The notes under the pieces: model-generated | Seen by the model: the letters and a program-made list of their open reading frames with translations, nothing else | What the model was told of the DNA's origin: nothing | The model's database searches: none | Shown: piece after piece, positions 1 through 12,729 of the stretch | Layout: each line of letters starts with the position of its first letter | Position numbering within the stretch: the first letter of the stretch is position 1 | From: Octopus vulgaris | Taxonomy: Eukaryota | NCBI GenBank assembly: GCA_951406725.2 | Contig: OX597815.1 | Location: 105,710,001-105,774,000, forward strand | DNA length: 64,000 nucleotides | Reading direction: 5' to 3' | Made by a program: the position numbers and the translations under genes

Positions 1-484
1 AAAATCAACTACTAAAACGGAGAATCAAGAATTTCTGTGTCATTCAAGAAGTGACTTTATTGGTATATGAGAAAAGAGTTGATTACAATTTTACAGTGTG
101 TACTCAGTCTAATGGGTAGATAGAGATGGTGTAGAATCTTGTTTGGCAAGGTGACAATGAATCCAACCTCTGACATGAAAGATACAACACTGAAGCTAAC
201 AGTAGAAGTACCTATGAAGTGAAGTCCATTAACTTCCCAGATAGTTTCCTATATGTAGTTAATAATTTGAAATGCAACTAATGCTTCTGCTGGTCTTGTT
301 ATATATAGTCCCAGGTCAGCCTAGATTGACCAGTTGCTGGTAGTTGGTTGAATAATGAGCCATGACCTACAAATCCATCTTCCCAGATGGGCTCTCGTTT
401 GGAACATTTTGACTCATCTGGTAGTCCATAGACATTGTTTGTGTACAGTTTGTTATGATGCATTATGTATTTTGTTTTCTTTGT

Positions 485-2517
485 AATTGTTAACCAGGTG
501 ATACACGAGGGAGTCATACTCAGTGACTGGTGTAGCAGCATAATAGTCAACTGCTACAAAGGTAAAGGTGACACTTTAGATACAAATAATTACATAGGTA
601 TCAAGTGGTTGGATCAGGTAATGAAGGTCACAGAGAGGGTCATTGTCCCAACTAATTAGGGAGAGAGTCAGTTTAGATGAGATGCAGTTTGGGTTCATGC
701 CAGGGAAAAGCATGACTGATGCTATATTTCTGGTAAGACAGCTGCAGGAGAAATACCTCGCCAAAGATAAACCTCTGTACCTGGCTTTCAGTGATATGGA
801 GAAAGCTTTTGACACGGTCCCCCAATCCCTTATCTGGTGGTCAATGAGGAAACTAGGGCTAGATGAATGGTTAGTGAGAGCTGTGCAAGCCATGTACAGG
901 GACGCTGTCAGTAAAGTGAGGTTTGGCAACAAGTACAGTGAAGAATTCCAGGTAGAGGTAGGAGTCCACCAAGGTTCAGCCCTCAGCCCCCTCCTATTTA
1001 TCATAGTCCTCCAGGCAACAACAGAGGAATTCAAGACAGGATGCCCCTGGGAGCTCCTCTATGCTGATGACCTTGCTCTAATTACTGAGTTACTATCAGA
1101 ACTAGAGGAAAAGTTTCAAGTGTGGAAACAAGGATTAGAATCAAAGGGCCTTAGAGTCAACCTAGCTAAAACCAAAGTCCTAATAAGTAGGAAGGCAGGC
1201 TAACCACAAATCCCTTCAGGTAGTTGGCCCCGCTCGATCTGTACAAAAGGAATAGGTAGAACTTCTATAAGATGTACCCAGTGTAAGCTATGGACATATA
1301 AGAAGTGCAACAATATCAAAGGAAGGCTAACTGGGAAGATAGTTTTTGTATGTGGCAGATGCTCAGGAGCAATAAACACTGAAAATGTACAGAGAACAAC
1401 TTTCGCCACATTCCAGGGAGAAAAACTAGAAGTAGTTGATAGCCTCCGTTACCTAGGTGACCAAGTCAGTAGCGGGGGAGGGTACGCTGAAAGTGTAGCT
1501 GCTAGAATAAGAATAGCCTGGGCAAAGTTCAGAGAGCTCTTACCTCTGCTGGCGACAAAGGGACTCTCACTCGGAGTAAAGGTAGACTGTATGACGCATG
1601 TGTATGAACAGCCATGCTACATGGCAGTGAAACATGGACCGTTACTGCTGAGGACATGTGTAAGCTCACAAGGGATGAAGCCAGTATGCTCCGATGGATG
1701 TGTAATGTCAGTGTGCATACTTGAGGGAAAAGTTGAACCTAAGAAGCATCAGATGTGGTATGCAAGAGAGACTACTGTGCTGATATGGCCATGTGGCGAG
1801 AATGGATGTGTATAGCTGTGTGAAAAAGAGCCACACCCTAGCGATTGAGGGAACCTGTGGAAGAGGTAGACCCAGGAAGACCTGGGATGAGGTAGTGAAG
1901 CATGACCTTCGAACATTGGGCCTCACCGAGGCAATGACTAGTAACCGGGACCTTTGGAAATATGTTGTGCTTGAGAAAACTTGGTAAGCCAAGTGACACC
2001 ATAACCTCATGGCTTATGCCAGGGGTGTAATCAGCCCACTTAGGCGTACCTTTCCTTCATTGGACAATAAACTCTGCTCGTGAAGACCTGTCGAGGCAAG
2101 TGAAACTGAAATCAAATTCAATGACTGGCATCCGTGCTAGTGGAGCGCTAAGAGTACCATCCAAGTGTGATAGTTACCTGCGTCGCCTTACTGGCACTTG
2201 TGCTGGTGGCATGTGAAAAAACATTCAAGTGAGGTCTTTGCCAGTGCCGCTGGACTGGCTCCTGTGCAGGTGGTACATAAAAAGCACCATTTGAGTGTGG
2301 CCCTTGCCAGTACCGCCTGACTGGCCCTCGTGCTGGTGGCACATAAAAGCACCTACTTCACTCTCGGAGTGGTTGGCATTAGGAAGGGCATCCAGCTGTT
2401 GAAACACTGCCACATCAGATTGGAGCCTGGTGCAGTCATCTGGTTCGCCAGACCTCAGTCAAATCGTCCAACCCATGCTAGCATGGAAAGCAGATGTTAA
2501 ACGATGATGATGATGAT
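485..2517 (+). mobile_element. 5'-truncated RTE-clade LINE (RT, PHD-like finger, C-terminus, 3' UTR, (GAT)n tail)
   Basis: ORFs 465-659 and 643-1203 carry RT motifs (QFGFMPG, DMEKAFD, GVHQGSALSP, LYADD). C-terminal RGRPRKTWDE. Ends gttaaacgatgatgatgatgat. Contains frameshifts and stops. Confidence 0.95.
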
Positions 2518-2519
2518 AC

Positions 2520-3860
2520 TGTTTTATTACATAAGGGCTGGGTCCTTTGATAGAACTGACAATTTATGATAAGTCTCATATATTGTTTGTCCACCAATAT
2601 TTCATTATTTTTTTAACAAGTATGGTGCCTGTGATTGCTCTATGTTGGTGCATCATTTTATTTTCTGCATGTATTATGAATGTAGTGAGTAGAAAGGGTA
2701 TGTAATTTGTAGTGTTTTATATGTGGTATGTTGTTGAATGTGACAGATGATTGTATTTAGTGTTCTCTGGTGTTGCTGGTAATAATCTTGCCCTGTTTCC
2801 ACCATCTGATATTGTATGAGTTGTTATAGATATTGGTGAGTGTTGTGATTCCTTCAGGTTCTTGGTGTTTCAGGTGCATGTTTGTAACTTTTGTTTGGTT
2901 CTGAGGTGTTTAAGTTTTCAGATTTCCCTACTCCTAATGAAAGAAGAGGTCAAAATCAGTATCTATGTAGAAGTGCATATTTTTTCATTTCATGTTCTCC
3001 TATCTCTTTCGTGTGGTTTTAGCTTGAATTTTGAGAAATGCCTGGTGTTTGTTTAGCATTGCTGAGTGAGTATATTATTTAAGACTGTTAGTGTGGCAGA
3101 GTGTGGTATGGCCACTGTTAGTGGTAGTGTTACTGCTAATTACTCTACATAAAGTTTTACTGCTAATTTTGTGGACTCAAATATTTAATATTTTCTGTTT
3201 TCCTATGATTTGTTTATGTGCTATTTCCTTTTCTTTAGTTGGTTTAGTGCTGAGTTTATTTTGGTTACATGTAGCTTTGGTATATTGTATTTGAGTTTGT
3301 CTCTGTTTTTTATGATGCTAGCTATTTCTGGAATATAATTGGGATCATATATTTTTATGTTACCTTTTAAGATATGTTTTTTTAGCTACATCTATAATTA
3401 TTTTGCTGAATGTATGTGCAGCTGTGTCTCTGTAATTGTGGTGTTATGGAATCCTGAAAACATTGATTCTGTTTCTTGGCGGAACTCATTCCATTGTTCT
3501 TTTTTGAAGTTTGTAAAAGTGTTTTTGCATTTTTTTAATTAATGTGCAAGTTAGTAAAGATGATAATTGGTAGGTGGTCTGAAGACAGTTGAGCAATTGT
3601 TTACCAAGTGTTTGTGATAGCTTGGTGTGAAAAGCAGAAGGTGGTATCTGAGGAAGAGTTGATTTAAGTTGACTTGATGATATATGTGAGTGTGTTGGTA
3701 TGGCTTGCTTAAGATGTAAAAGGAATCTGGTGGTGAGGATATTACATTATCTCTTGTTATCTGTTACTATTTGAAAACCAGGAGGTATTGGTACATAGAA
3801 GCCACTGCCAATGATGGTGTTTACGAGATTGTTAAAGTACTGTAGTTGGTTGGAGTGGCC
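2520..3860 (-). mobile_element. Highly decayed Jockey/I-like LINE remnant, possibly continuing at about 300-480 beyond the RTE insertion
   Basis: Minus strand near 3480-3590 reads ...SSDHLPIIIF... then ...NTFTNFKKEQWNEFRQETE, resembling the end of an APE endonuclease and its linker. Minus 300-460 reads GSLFNQLP, resembling a LINE C-terminus. Confidence 0.45.
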
Positions 3861-3929
3861 ATATATATATATCATCATTTAATGTCCATTTTCCATACTG
3901 GCATACACACACACACACACAATGTAATT

Positions 3930-4400
3930 GGGATCATATATTCCAGGTACCAACACTGTTACAGGTGGTTGAACCCATGTGTACAAGTGGAAGAAAAAGG
4001 AAGAACACAGAATTCCTACAGATAGATGCCAAAAAGAAAAATATATTAAGTTGGGGGGAATAAAAGGCAGAAGGGGAGAATAAAGTAAAATAAATTTACT
4101 TGCTTCCCAAAGAAAAAAAAGAACTAAAAGGGGAAATGTTGTAGTGAAAATAGTACTCTCCTTCCTCCATGACAAAGTGGTATGATACAGCCACTATAAA
4201 GTCAGACAGTCAGTCGCTGTAAGAAGTCAGTACTAGTAGCGTGGTTGTACGAATTCTCAGTTGGAGTCAGTGTCAGTTACATGTTATATACAAATTCAAG
4301 TTACTGTCAAGGTATATGTTTCAAGTCCAGCCATAGCACAATAGACAAGTCAAAGATAATAAGACACGGAATACTGCCACAACATAATAGTGGCAACAAA
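3930..4400 (+). mobile_element. Gypsy-like LTR retrotransposon remnant; LTR about 4137-4384
   Basis: Termini TGTTGTAG...CCACAACA. Polypurine tract aaaaggggaaa lies immediately 5'. TATA-like cactataaag near 4192. PBS-like gtggcaacaa just 3'. Confidence 0.45.
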
Positions 4401-4911
4401 AATATTACAGTGCAGCTAATAACATACAAGTGGACAAGGATTCACTTTATAACAATATATATATACTAGACTACTCATGACCCATTGAGTCACCAATAAT
4501 TAAAGGTTCCAGGAAAGTCTGAGTTCCCCAACAATGGAGTTTTGTTTCGTGGGTTTTCTTTTCTTTTCCAGGTTATTTTGCATGCTTACTTTGATACTTT
4601 GATAGGTTTCGGCCATTATTGGCCCAGGCCATAACATCGAAATCACTCAAAAACGGCTCCTTTCCCCAGAAAAGGAGAGATTTGGCTGTTATTTCTTGCA
4701 TGCTCCATAACAGGTATTTTGGGTCCTTTATTGCAAGTAGCTGTTACATGGTAACAGGGCGTGCTAGAAATAACAGCCAAATCTTTGGCAGTAAGATATG
4801 TTGAATGCACTCAAAAGCAACCTATGGAAAAAAGCTGTTTCACACTAAGGTTACGAACTATTTACCATATTTTTAAAGTCATTTTCACTTAAAAATATTT
4901 TGAGCATGGAT

Positions 4912-5131
4912 GTTACTGGGACTCTGTCAGTTATGACAAGAATTCCAGTTGATCCGATCAGTGGCACAGCCTGCTCATGAAAATAATGTGCAACTGGCTG
5001 AGCACTCCACAGATATGCATACCCTTAGCATAGTTCTCAGGAAAATGCAGAGTGACATAGTATGTGTCAAGGATGGCCCTTTGGATTACAGGCACAACTC
5101 ATCTTTGCCAGCTGAGTGAACTGGAGCAATG
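4912..5131 (-). repeat. SINE family B copy (reverse complement of the copy at about 14060-14310)
   Basis: Blocks ccagttgatccgatca, ggctgagcactccacaga and gccagctgagtgaactggagc match 14100-14290 in reverse orientation. Confidence 0.7.
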
Positions 5132-5509
5132 CCTAATTGGTTAGAACCTGCACTGCATTCATTGCAGTGAATCCAGGCCATACTGGTCATACTGAATTGC
5201 CAAATAACCAAAAAGCTCTTTTTAGACCCTTTGCTATGATGGTGTCAGACCGTTGCAAGTTTCAGAGTTTATTTCCTTTTATCTGTAGCAATTATAGTGA
5301 AAGGATGTGGTTTAGTGGTTAGGGTATTCAGCTCATGATTGTAAGGTCATGAGTTCAATTCCTAGCAGCATGTTGTGTCATAGACACTTTATTTTACATT
5401 GTATGGATCTCGACAATTGCATACAATTAAAGTGGATAGAACTTGTGGAAATTGCTACTACCTCTGAGATCTGCACCCACGGTCTGCTCACCCAGAATGA
5501 AGTATTGAA

Positions 5510-5812
5510 GTTTGATCTCAAGACACTGACCCTTACTAAGGAGATGACAAAGTACTGAGATATCTTGCACTTTGCTGTACTCAAGAAGACCTGTCCACTA
5601 CAGCAGAATTTATACCAATGTTGGTGCCACATTAAAAGCATCCAGTACATTCTGTGGAGTGGTTGGCATTAGGAAGGGCATCTGGCCATACAAATCATGC
5701 CAGAACAGACAATGGAGGCAAGTGCAGCTCCTAGCCTTACTAGTTCCAGTCAAACTATGCAACCCAACCCAACATGGAAAATGAATGTTAAATGATGATT
5801 AAGATGATGATA
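5510..5812 (+). mobile_element. RTE LINE 3' end fragment
   Basis: Contains ggagtggttggcattaggaagggcatc...catggaaaatgaatgttaaatgatg, as in the 3' end of the 485-2517 copy. Confidence 0.8.
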
Positions 5813-5951
5813 TATATATATATATACACACACACACACCACACACATATGTATATATAAATATACTGCTTTATTTTACTGAACCCTCATTTGTCATTCA
5901 CGATGAGAGAATCCAACATGTGTGTGTGTGTGTGTGTGATGTTTATAGTGT

Positions 5952-6343
5952 CAGGTATGGCTATGTATTTGAAAAGTTTGCTTCCCAGCCATATGGTTAT
6001 GTGTTCAGTCCCACCACATGGCACCTTTGGATAAGTGCCTTCTATTATAGTCCTGGATCACCCGAAGCCTTGTGAGTAGATTTGGTGGATGGGAACTAAA
6101 AAAAAAAACCCATCATATTTCTATGTATGTCCTCTCATCTTGACACTACATATTAATTATAAACAAGCCTAACTATCATACAAATGGTGTCATTCATTTC
6201 TAGTCTCCAATGAAACATGTCTGGGGAAATATTATATTGCTTAGAAGCAGGCAAAGGTTGGCAACAGAAAGGATATCCAGCTCAGTGAATTCCATCTGAC
6301 CTATGCAAGCATAAAAAAAGTGGATATTAAAATGGTGATGATG
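5952..6343 (+). repeat. tRNA-derived SINE family A head with RTE-like 3' tail
   Basis: Head ...gttcagtcccac...ggcacctttgg. Tail ggttggcaacagaaaggatatccagct...catatt-like end at gatattaaaatggtgatgatg. Confidence 0.65.
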
Positions 6344-7803
6344 AATGTATATCATACTAATGTACTTCCTGTTATTAGTTTTGTTGTTCTGAAAGCAGCG
6401 ATTTCTTGTGTACTATTATTTACTATTATTAGTATTATTTGCTATTAGTTTATGAACACCAGTTTTGATATTTCTATTGTGAATGCAAGTTTTATGTATA
6501 AAACCAGCCTTTTTACAAAAAGGTCATCCTGTCCACTTTTGGCTTGATTTGGAAAAGTGGTGTTCAGTATTTCAGTAAAATACAAATGTTATCAGAATAA
6601 TTTCTTCATAAATGTTTTGATTAATGATGAATACTTCTATGAATAAAGGCGTTTTCAATGTTGTTGGGACTGTGTTGCAAAAGGATTTTAGATTTTTGGT
6701 ATTTACAAAAATTATTTTTATATGTGAAACCTGTAATTTTAAATATATTCTATACAAAACATGATATTGGGAGGTAAGATAACAATACATCCTGTTTTTA
6801 TCATTGCTGTTGCTGTCAGTGTTACTTTGCCTGTGATTTTATGTAATTTTCAGGATTATTAATTATAAATGTTTTTGTGACATTTGTATTAGTATTTGGA
6901 AGACTTTGTAAAACACTTGATTTTCTACTCATTTTGAACATCACTTTGTGCAGAATTGTAGTTTCTTTCATTCTCCAGTAGCATCTGCACATGCTATGAG
7001 AGATATTTCAACATGTCAAATTTATCAGTAAGACCATTCTAGCTTCTTCTTTTCTGACTCATTATATTCAGTATTAGTTATCTTAGTGCTGTAGTGAAAA
7101 TACAATAGCTGATAGCAGACATTTACTACACTGATGCCTCACTTGATAACAAAAGATTTCTCTTTCCCTGCTAAGGGTATACTGTTTGAAATATGTGTAA
7201 GAAGTTTATGATACATGTTAGTGAAACATGGAAGTTGAATGTAGAAGATTTGGAGGACTGGAAGAAAATGAGACTAGCATAACCTATTTGTAAGGCAAAA
7301 CACAAGTAAGCTGAGAGAAAAGTTGGGTATTTACGACATCACCTGATGTGTTTAGAAGAGGTGACTGCACAGAAACGGATATACAAAATCTCTTTATAGA
7401 GTACCAGGTGAAAAGAGGTATACATTTTTGACAAAGAGCTCCTTTGAAAGACAAAAGTATTTGAAGAACAGGTGAGATCAAATCAAATGATGTAGAATGG
7501 GTTTTGGCCTCCCTGTACCATAACCAAATTGGTCACCCACTTCTTGAAACATGACATTCCTTCAACTATGGCAAATACACATACATATAAAGTTATAGTT
7601 CTGTACAGAGTGCTCACCTCATGTTTCATCACTGACCAGATCTCAAGATTTTAGGACCCATAGATGATGATGGGACCAACGATGACAACAATAGTGGCTA
7701 TGACAGCAGTGGTGGTGGTAATAATGATGATGACAATAATTAGGTCCAAGCCAACCATGACTACACTGTCTTTTTCTTTTTATAATAGACTAAATAGGTA
7801 CTG

Positions 7804-8207
7804 ACATTGCTGTGTGGTAAGAACCTTGTTTCCCAATCACATGATTCCAGTTCAGTCCCACTATGTGGTACCTTGGGCATGTGTTTTCTGTTATAACCTT
7901 GGCCCACCAAAGCCTTTTGAGTGGATTTGGTAGATGAAAACTGAAAGAAGCTTGTTGTGTATATATATATGTATATATCTATGTATGTGTATCTTTATGT
8001 ATGTGTTTGTCCCCCACCACCGCTTGACAACTGATGTTGGTGTGTTTATGTCCCCGTACCTTAGTGGTTTGGCAAAAAGAGACTAATAGAATAAGTACCA
8101 GGTTTTTTTTTTTAAATAAGTCCTGGGGTCGATTTGTTCAACTAAAAGCCTTCAAGGTGGTGTCCTAGCATGACCACAGTCAAATGACTGAAATAAGTAA
8201 AAGATAA
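7804..8207 (+). repeat. tRNA-derived SINE family A, full length
   Basis: Box A/B-like head (gctgtgtggtaagaac...gttcagtcccac), central microsatellite and tail ...gcatgaccacagtcaaatgactgaaataagtaaa. Related copies at about 12520-12727(+), 28236-28608(-), 45365-45500 with 46404-46570(-), 49730-49870(-) and 54152-54470(+). Confidence 0.8.
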
Positions 8208-8312
8208 ACGATCAACCTCTCTTAAACTACAGCTAACTGTGGTTTAGGGAGATTTGGCTACTACTTTTAGCTAGTCAAACAACCATGTAGAAATACTTTC
8301 CATGGGTGGTGA

Positions 8313-8684
8313 TGCAGGCATAGCTGTGCAATTAAAATCATTTACTAACCATGTGGTTTTATGTTCAGTCTTACTGCAGGACACTTTGGTCAAGTTTCTT
8401 ATATTTGTGTATGTATTAGTGTGAATTGTACTTCCCTCATCTACATGTGTTCATTCACTGATTCTAAACTGTAGCATTTGTTGGTGACATTTGTTTCCAG
8501 TTCTCCTCATAAACATGTCTGCTTGTTTGCTGTCAACAGACTGGGAGACTATTGCCTCACTTTGAAACAATTAGGAGTTGGCAATAGAAAGGGCATCTGA
8601 CTGTAGAAAACTCTGCCCCAACATACTCTCATCTAATCCTTGCAAGCATGGAAGAGTAGATGTTAAAGCAACGATGATGATGAT
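8313..8684 (+). repeat. Diverged SINE with RTE-like tail
   Basis: Head similar to the 7804 copy. Tail gttggcaatagaaagggcatc...catggaagagtagatgttaaagcaacgatgatgatg. Confidence 0.6.
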
Positions 8685-9426
8685 TTGTTTAAGCAATGCC
8701 AACATGTCAAAACTGATTTAAATGAATCTTGTTTTTATTGTTGTTGTTATTGTTATGATGATAGTGGTAGAGGAAACCTGAGACTTTGTGTAAGAAATTC
8801 ACATTAAGCAGAAAGATTTTCTTTTGTTCCATCAAACAAAAAAATATTTCTTTCTATGTTAGGAACTAGCCCATAGCTATTCCACTTCAATGATGAAGAC
8901 ACCTACTCTCTTGATCTTCATCTTGCCAAGGGCTGCAACTATTGAATAGAGAGCATCGTGTTTGTTAATGTGTGTATGTGTGAGGTGAAAGGAGTTATAC
9001 TGTTTATTTTAAGGGATGACTGACTGCTAGCTGTGATATCTATATATATCAGGAAATTGACTGAATACGTATTGTTTAGTGACATGAATGGCATATATAT
9101 AATAGTTTGTTGTTGACCTCTTCTTATACTAAAGAAAACTTTTTGTTAAAATCATGTCAGAAAGTTGCATTCTGGAAAGTTTTCAGTATATTGTTTGCAT
9201 ACCTTTCTGTTAATTGCTTCTTTATAAACTCTGTATCAGAATATGTTTGCCTTCTGTTATAATATTTGCTTAAGAAGAATCTAAAAAAAAAATCTAAACC
9301 CGAAACTACTTATGTCAAATTATATGTATCAACAATTAGATATAATATTTCATGTTTATTTTTAAATATCAAATAATAACACTCATAATTGTTATGTGAT
9401 ATCTGTTGTTGAAATAAATATAAGTG

Positions 9427-9621
9427 ATAATTGCAGCATGGAAGACACATCTTAGCCATTTAAAAACACACAAAGCCTGTTAACCTCACTTAAACATTTA
9501 TCATTTGATGTTGCTGATGGCGCAATGAAAATTTTGACACCAAATAATAATCATCTAAGTGACGTTAACAGTCTTTGTGTGTTCTTAAATGGCTAATGTG
9601 TGTCTTCCCTGCTGCAATCAT
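9427..9621. repeat. Imperfect inverted repeat with about 85-bp arms around a decayed hammerhead-like core
   Basis: Left arm attgcagcatggaagacacatcttagccatttaaaaacacacaaagcctgttaac pairs with the right arm gttaacagtctttgtgtgttcttaaatggctaatgtgtgtcttccctgctgcaat. The loop is ctgatggcgcaatgaaaatttt. Confidence 0.75.
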
Positions 9622-10123
9622 TTTAGTTTCTCAACTTCTCAAATCAAATCACTTACCCGGCAAGTTCAAATATAAGCAACTTTCTTATAAATTCAGCCAA
9701 TGACCAATCATAATTACTAATTAATTCTCATATTGTATGGAAATAGGGACTGTTCAGTCATGCACAAATAAAAACTAGATTACAAGGAAATTGGTGAACA
9801 TTTGCATTGACAAAATCAAGTAGCAAAATTCATTAAGTCCTGCTCATAATGTTAGAATTCATCTCTCTCAGAACATGAATTTATCTTATTTCATAAATTT
9901 AATTAGTACTTTTGTATTTTGGTCCTTATAGTCTGAATTCTTCTAAAATGGCCATTGACTTTGATTCTGCATTGTTCTTAGGGGAATCATAAATGGCAAG
10001 TTCCTAAATTTTGAGCCTAAATTAAAATTTAAGAATAAATTTAAGATGCACAAAGTGGTGTGATGTACGATATAATTTGAAGATACTAGTTATAAAGAAT
10101 GTATTAAACACATTACCTTGTAT

Positions 10124-10391
10124 TTAACCCTTTCAATACTAATCTGCCTGAATGAGACCTTATCTGATTCTGTAACATAGAACTTCTCATTTTAAAGGGT
10201 GCATATCTAACTTAAAATTTATCATAATTTTAAAACAAAACTTTTTATCAAATTGTGTTGCACATACAAATTTAATAATGAATAAAACATTATTTGTTTA
10301 ACTAAACTCTCCTGTATTCTTGATAATTTTCAAAATTAGCTGAAATATATATCCAGTGTATGTCAGTCGAAATATGGTTAGAAAGAGTTAG
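10124..10391. mobile_element. piggyBac-like MITE remnant
   Basis: TTAA-ccctttc... at the left end and ...gaaagag-TTAG at the right end, consistent with degenerate TIRs and a TTAA target site. Confidence 0.4.
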
Positions 10392-10516
10392 ACAAGTTGG
10401 CAACAATTCATTGTTAAACTGTTTTTGATCTTAAACTAAGGTCAAAGAAAATATATATCAGAATGTTGTTCAGTCCTGTGCAAAAAATAATGAAAAGGTT
10501 TAAAGGCAGCTTAAAA

Positions 10517-11488
10517 TCATCATCATCATCATCGTCGTCGTCGTCATTTAACATCTGCTTTCCATGCTGGCATGGGTTGGATGGTTTGATGGAGTACTGG
10601 CAAGCCAGGTGGCTGCACAAGGCTCCAATCTGATCTGGTAAGGTCTCTACAGCTGGATGTGTAGTGGGTGCATTTTATGTGCCACCAGCACAGGGGCTAG
10701 TGAGGCAGCACTGATATTGACCACACTCGAATAGTGCTTTTTACATGCCACCGGCACAGGAGCCAGTCAGGCAGCACTGGCATCAACCACAGTCTAATGG
10801 TGCTTTTTACATGCTACTGGCATGGTTGCCTGTCAGGCAACATTGGCATCGGCCACGACTTCACTTTACTCAACAGGTCTTCTCAAGCACAGCATATCTC
10901 TAAAGGTCCTCATCCCATATTTTCCTGAGTCTACCTTTCTACAGGTTCCCTCCACTGTTAGGGTGTGACACTTCTTCACGCAGCTGTCCTCAACCATATG
11001 CAATCCATGACCATACCAGCACGTAAAGTCATCTCTCTTGCACACCACATCTGATGCTTCTTATGTCCAACTTTTCTCTCAGGGCACTTACACTCTGTTG
11101 TGTATGCTCATTGACATTATACATCCAGTGGAGCATACTAGCTTCATTTCTTGCAAGCCTATGTACTCAGCAGTCACAGCCCATATTTCACTACTGTATA
11201 GCATGGCTGTTCGCATACATACATCATACAGTCTACCTTTCTCTCTAAACAAGAGGCCCTTTGTTACCAGTAGAGGTAGGAGCTCCTGAACTTTGCCCGG
11301 ACTATTTTTATTCTAACAGATATGCTCTCAGAGCATCCACCCCTGCTACTGACTTGGTCACCTAGGTAATGGAAGCTATCAATTATTTCTAATTTTTTCC
11401 CTTGGTATGTGATGGAATCTCTTTTCTGTACATCTTCGGTGTTTACTGCTCCTGTGCATCTGCCACACAAAAACTATCTTCCTAGTTG
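10517..11488 (-). mobile_element. RTE LINE 3' fragment
   Basis: (CAT)n tail at 10517. Minus ORFs read CGRCTGAVN...LEIIDSFHYLGDQVSS and SCVKKCHTLTVEGTC. Confidence 0.9.
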
Positions 11489-12729
11489 TTAAGTTTTGTA
11501 AATTGGTGGTGAAGAAGTAATTTCTGCATTATACTGCTGTTGCTGGTAAAGCTCTATTCTTTCATTTTACTTCTATTTTTATTCATGTGCATTATGATCC
11601 TTTCCTTTGTTTGTATCCAATTATCTAATTTTCATTTGTTAGGGAAGCGTTTAAGTCCTAAATTAACACAGACAGAAAGATTGGAATATTGGGCCAAGTC
11701 AGATGAATTCAGAATTCATTGAAAATAGTTGAGGTTAATTATTGATGGAAGAGACAGTTTCATTGTCTGGACACAAGTGACCAGCTATCTTTCCTTAATT
11801 GCTTGTCAGTTCTACAAAATTCTTAGTTTTATGAGAATAACTTCACTTCTCATTTAGAGTCAATCCCACTTCTCACCAGACAACAATTACTTTACCTTTG
11901 TGTGCATGTGTGTGTGTGTGTGTTTGAATAAAACAAATTTCATTTTTTTTTAATATAGGAAGTAGATGTTTTTATTATGTGTATGCTTTTCCTTTTCTTC
12001 TCTAACTGTGTTTTCCACACATTTTCAAGGGATCCCTTGACAACAATGTAAATTTCATTTGATTAAGGTATCTTTGGCCCAAGGGGCAGCTAGCAGATTA
12101 CCCCTCATTTGGATAATTACTACTTCCAAGGTTATGCCAGCTATGAATCACATGTAGCCTGGATTTTATGTACACCATTCCCTAATTTTGAATATATATA
12201 TATAAATGGCAAAATGTCTGTGTGTGTCCTTTATACAAATCCACAATATTTCAGTTAGAAGGCTCACGCTTTCTATGATCATTCAAAACCGTCCAAGGGT
12301 GGTCGTGCACATCTTTACATTTCCCTAGTCACAAACACAGCATTAAAAAAGAGAAAGAAAAAAAATTACATTTACTGAAAATTTTGCTTATGGAAAAAGT
12401 TAACATATAGAGAAGTGTTTTACTGAATAAATTTTAGTGTATGTTGTAGCCAAAAGAGGTTTTGCAGTAAAAGAAAAATCATATTATACTCTGTGTATGT
12501 GTGTATATGGATGTATATACATACATATCCATGTGTGTGTGTGTCTTTGTGTTTGTTGCCCAGTACCACTTGACAACTCGTGTTGGTTTGTTTCCATCCC
12601 TGCAACTTAGCATTCCAGAAAAAGAGACTGATAGAATAAGCACCAGGCTTATAAAAAATGTATAGTGGGGGCAATATGTTTGACTAAACTCTTCAAAGTG
12701 GTGCCCTAGCATGGCTATAGTCCAATATA

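Noticed and set aside
7804-7880. tRNA-like sequence with box A/B
   Set aside because: It is a SINE head. There is no complete cloverleaf and it continues into the SINE body.
8862-8984. Exon-like segment after ttag (and a similar one at 11643-11733)
   Set aside because: Stops in all frames, weak donors and no recognisable product. They may be UTR exons, but this cannot be supported without RNA data.
12195-12340. Helitron-like termini (also at about 4465-4500 and 44015-44185)
   Set aside because: Only isolated end-like motifs were seen, with no matched 5'/3' pair or Rep/helicase remnant.
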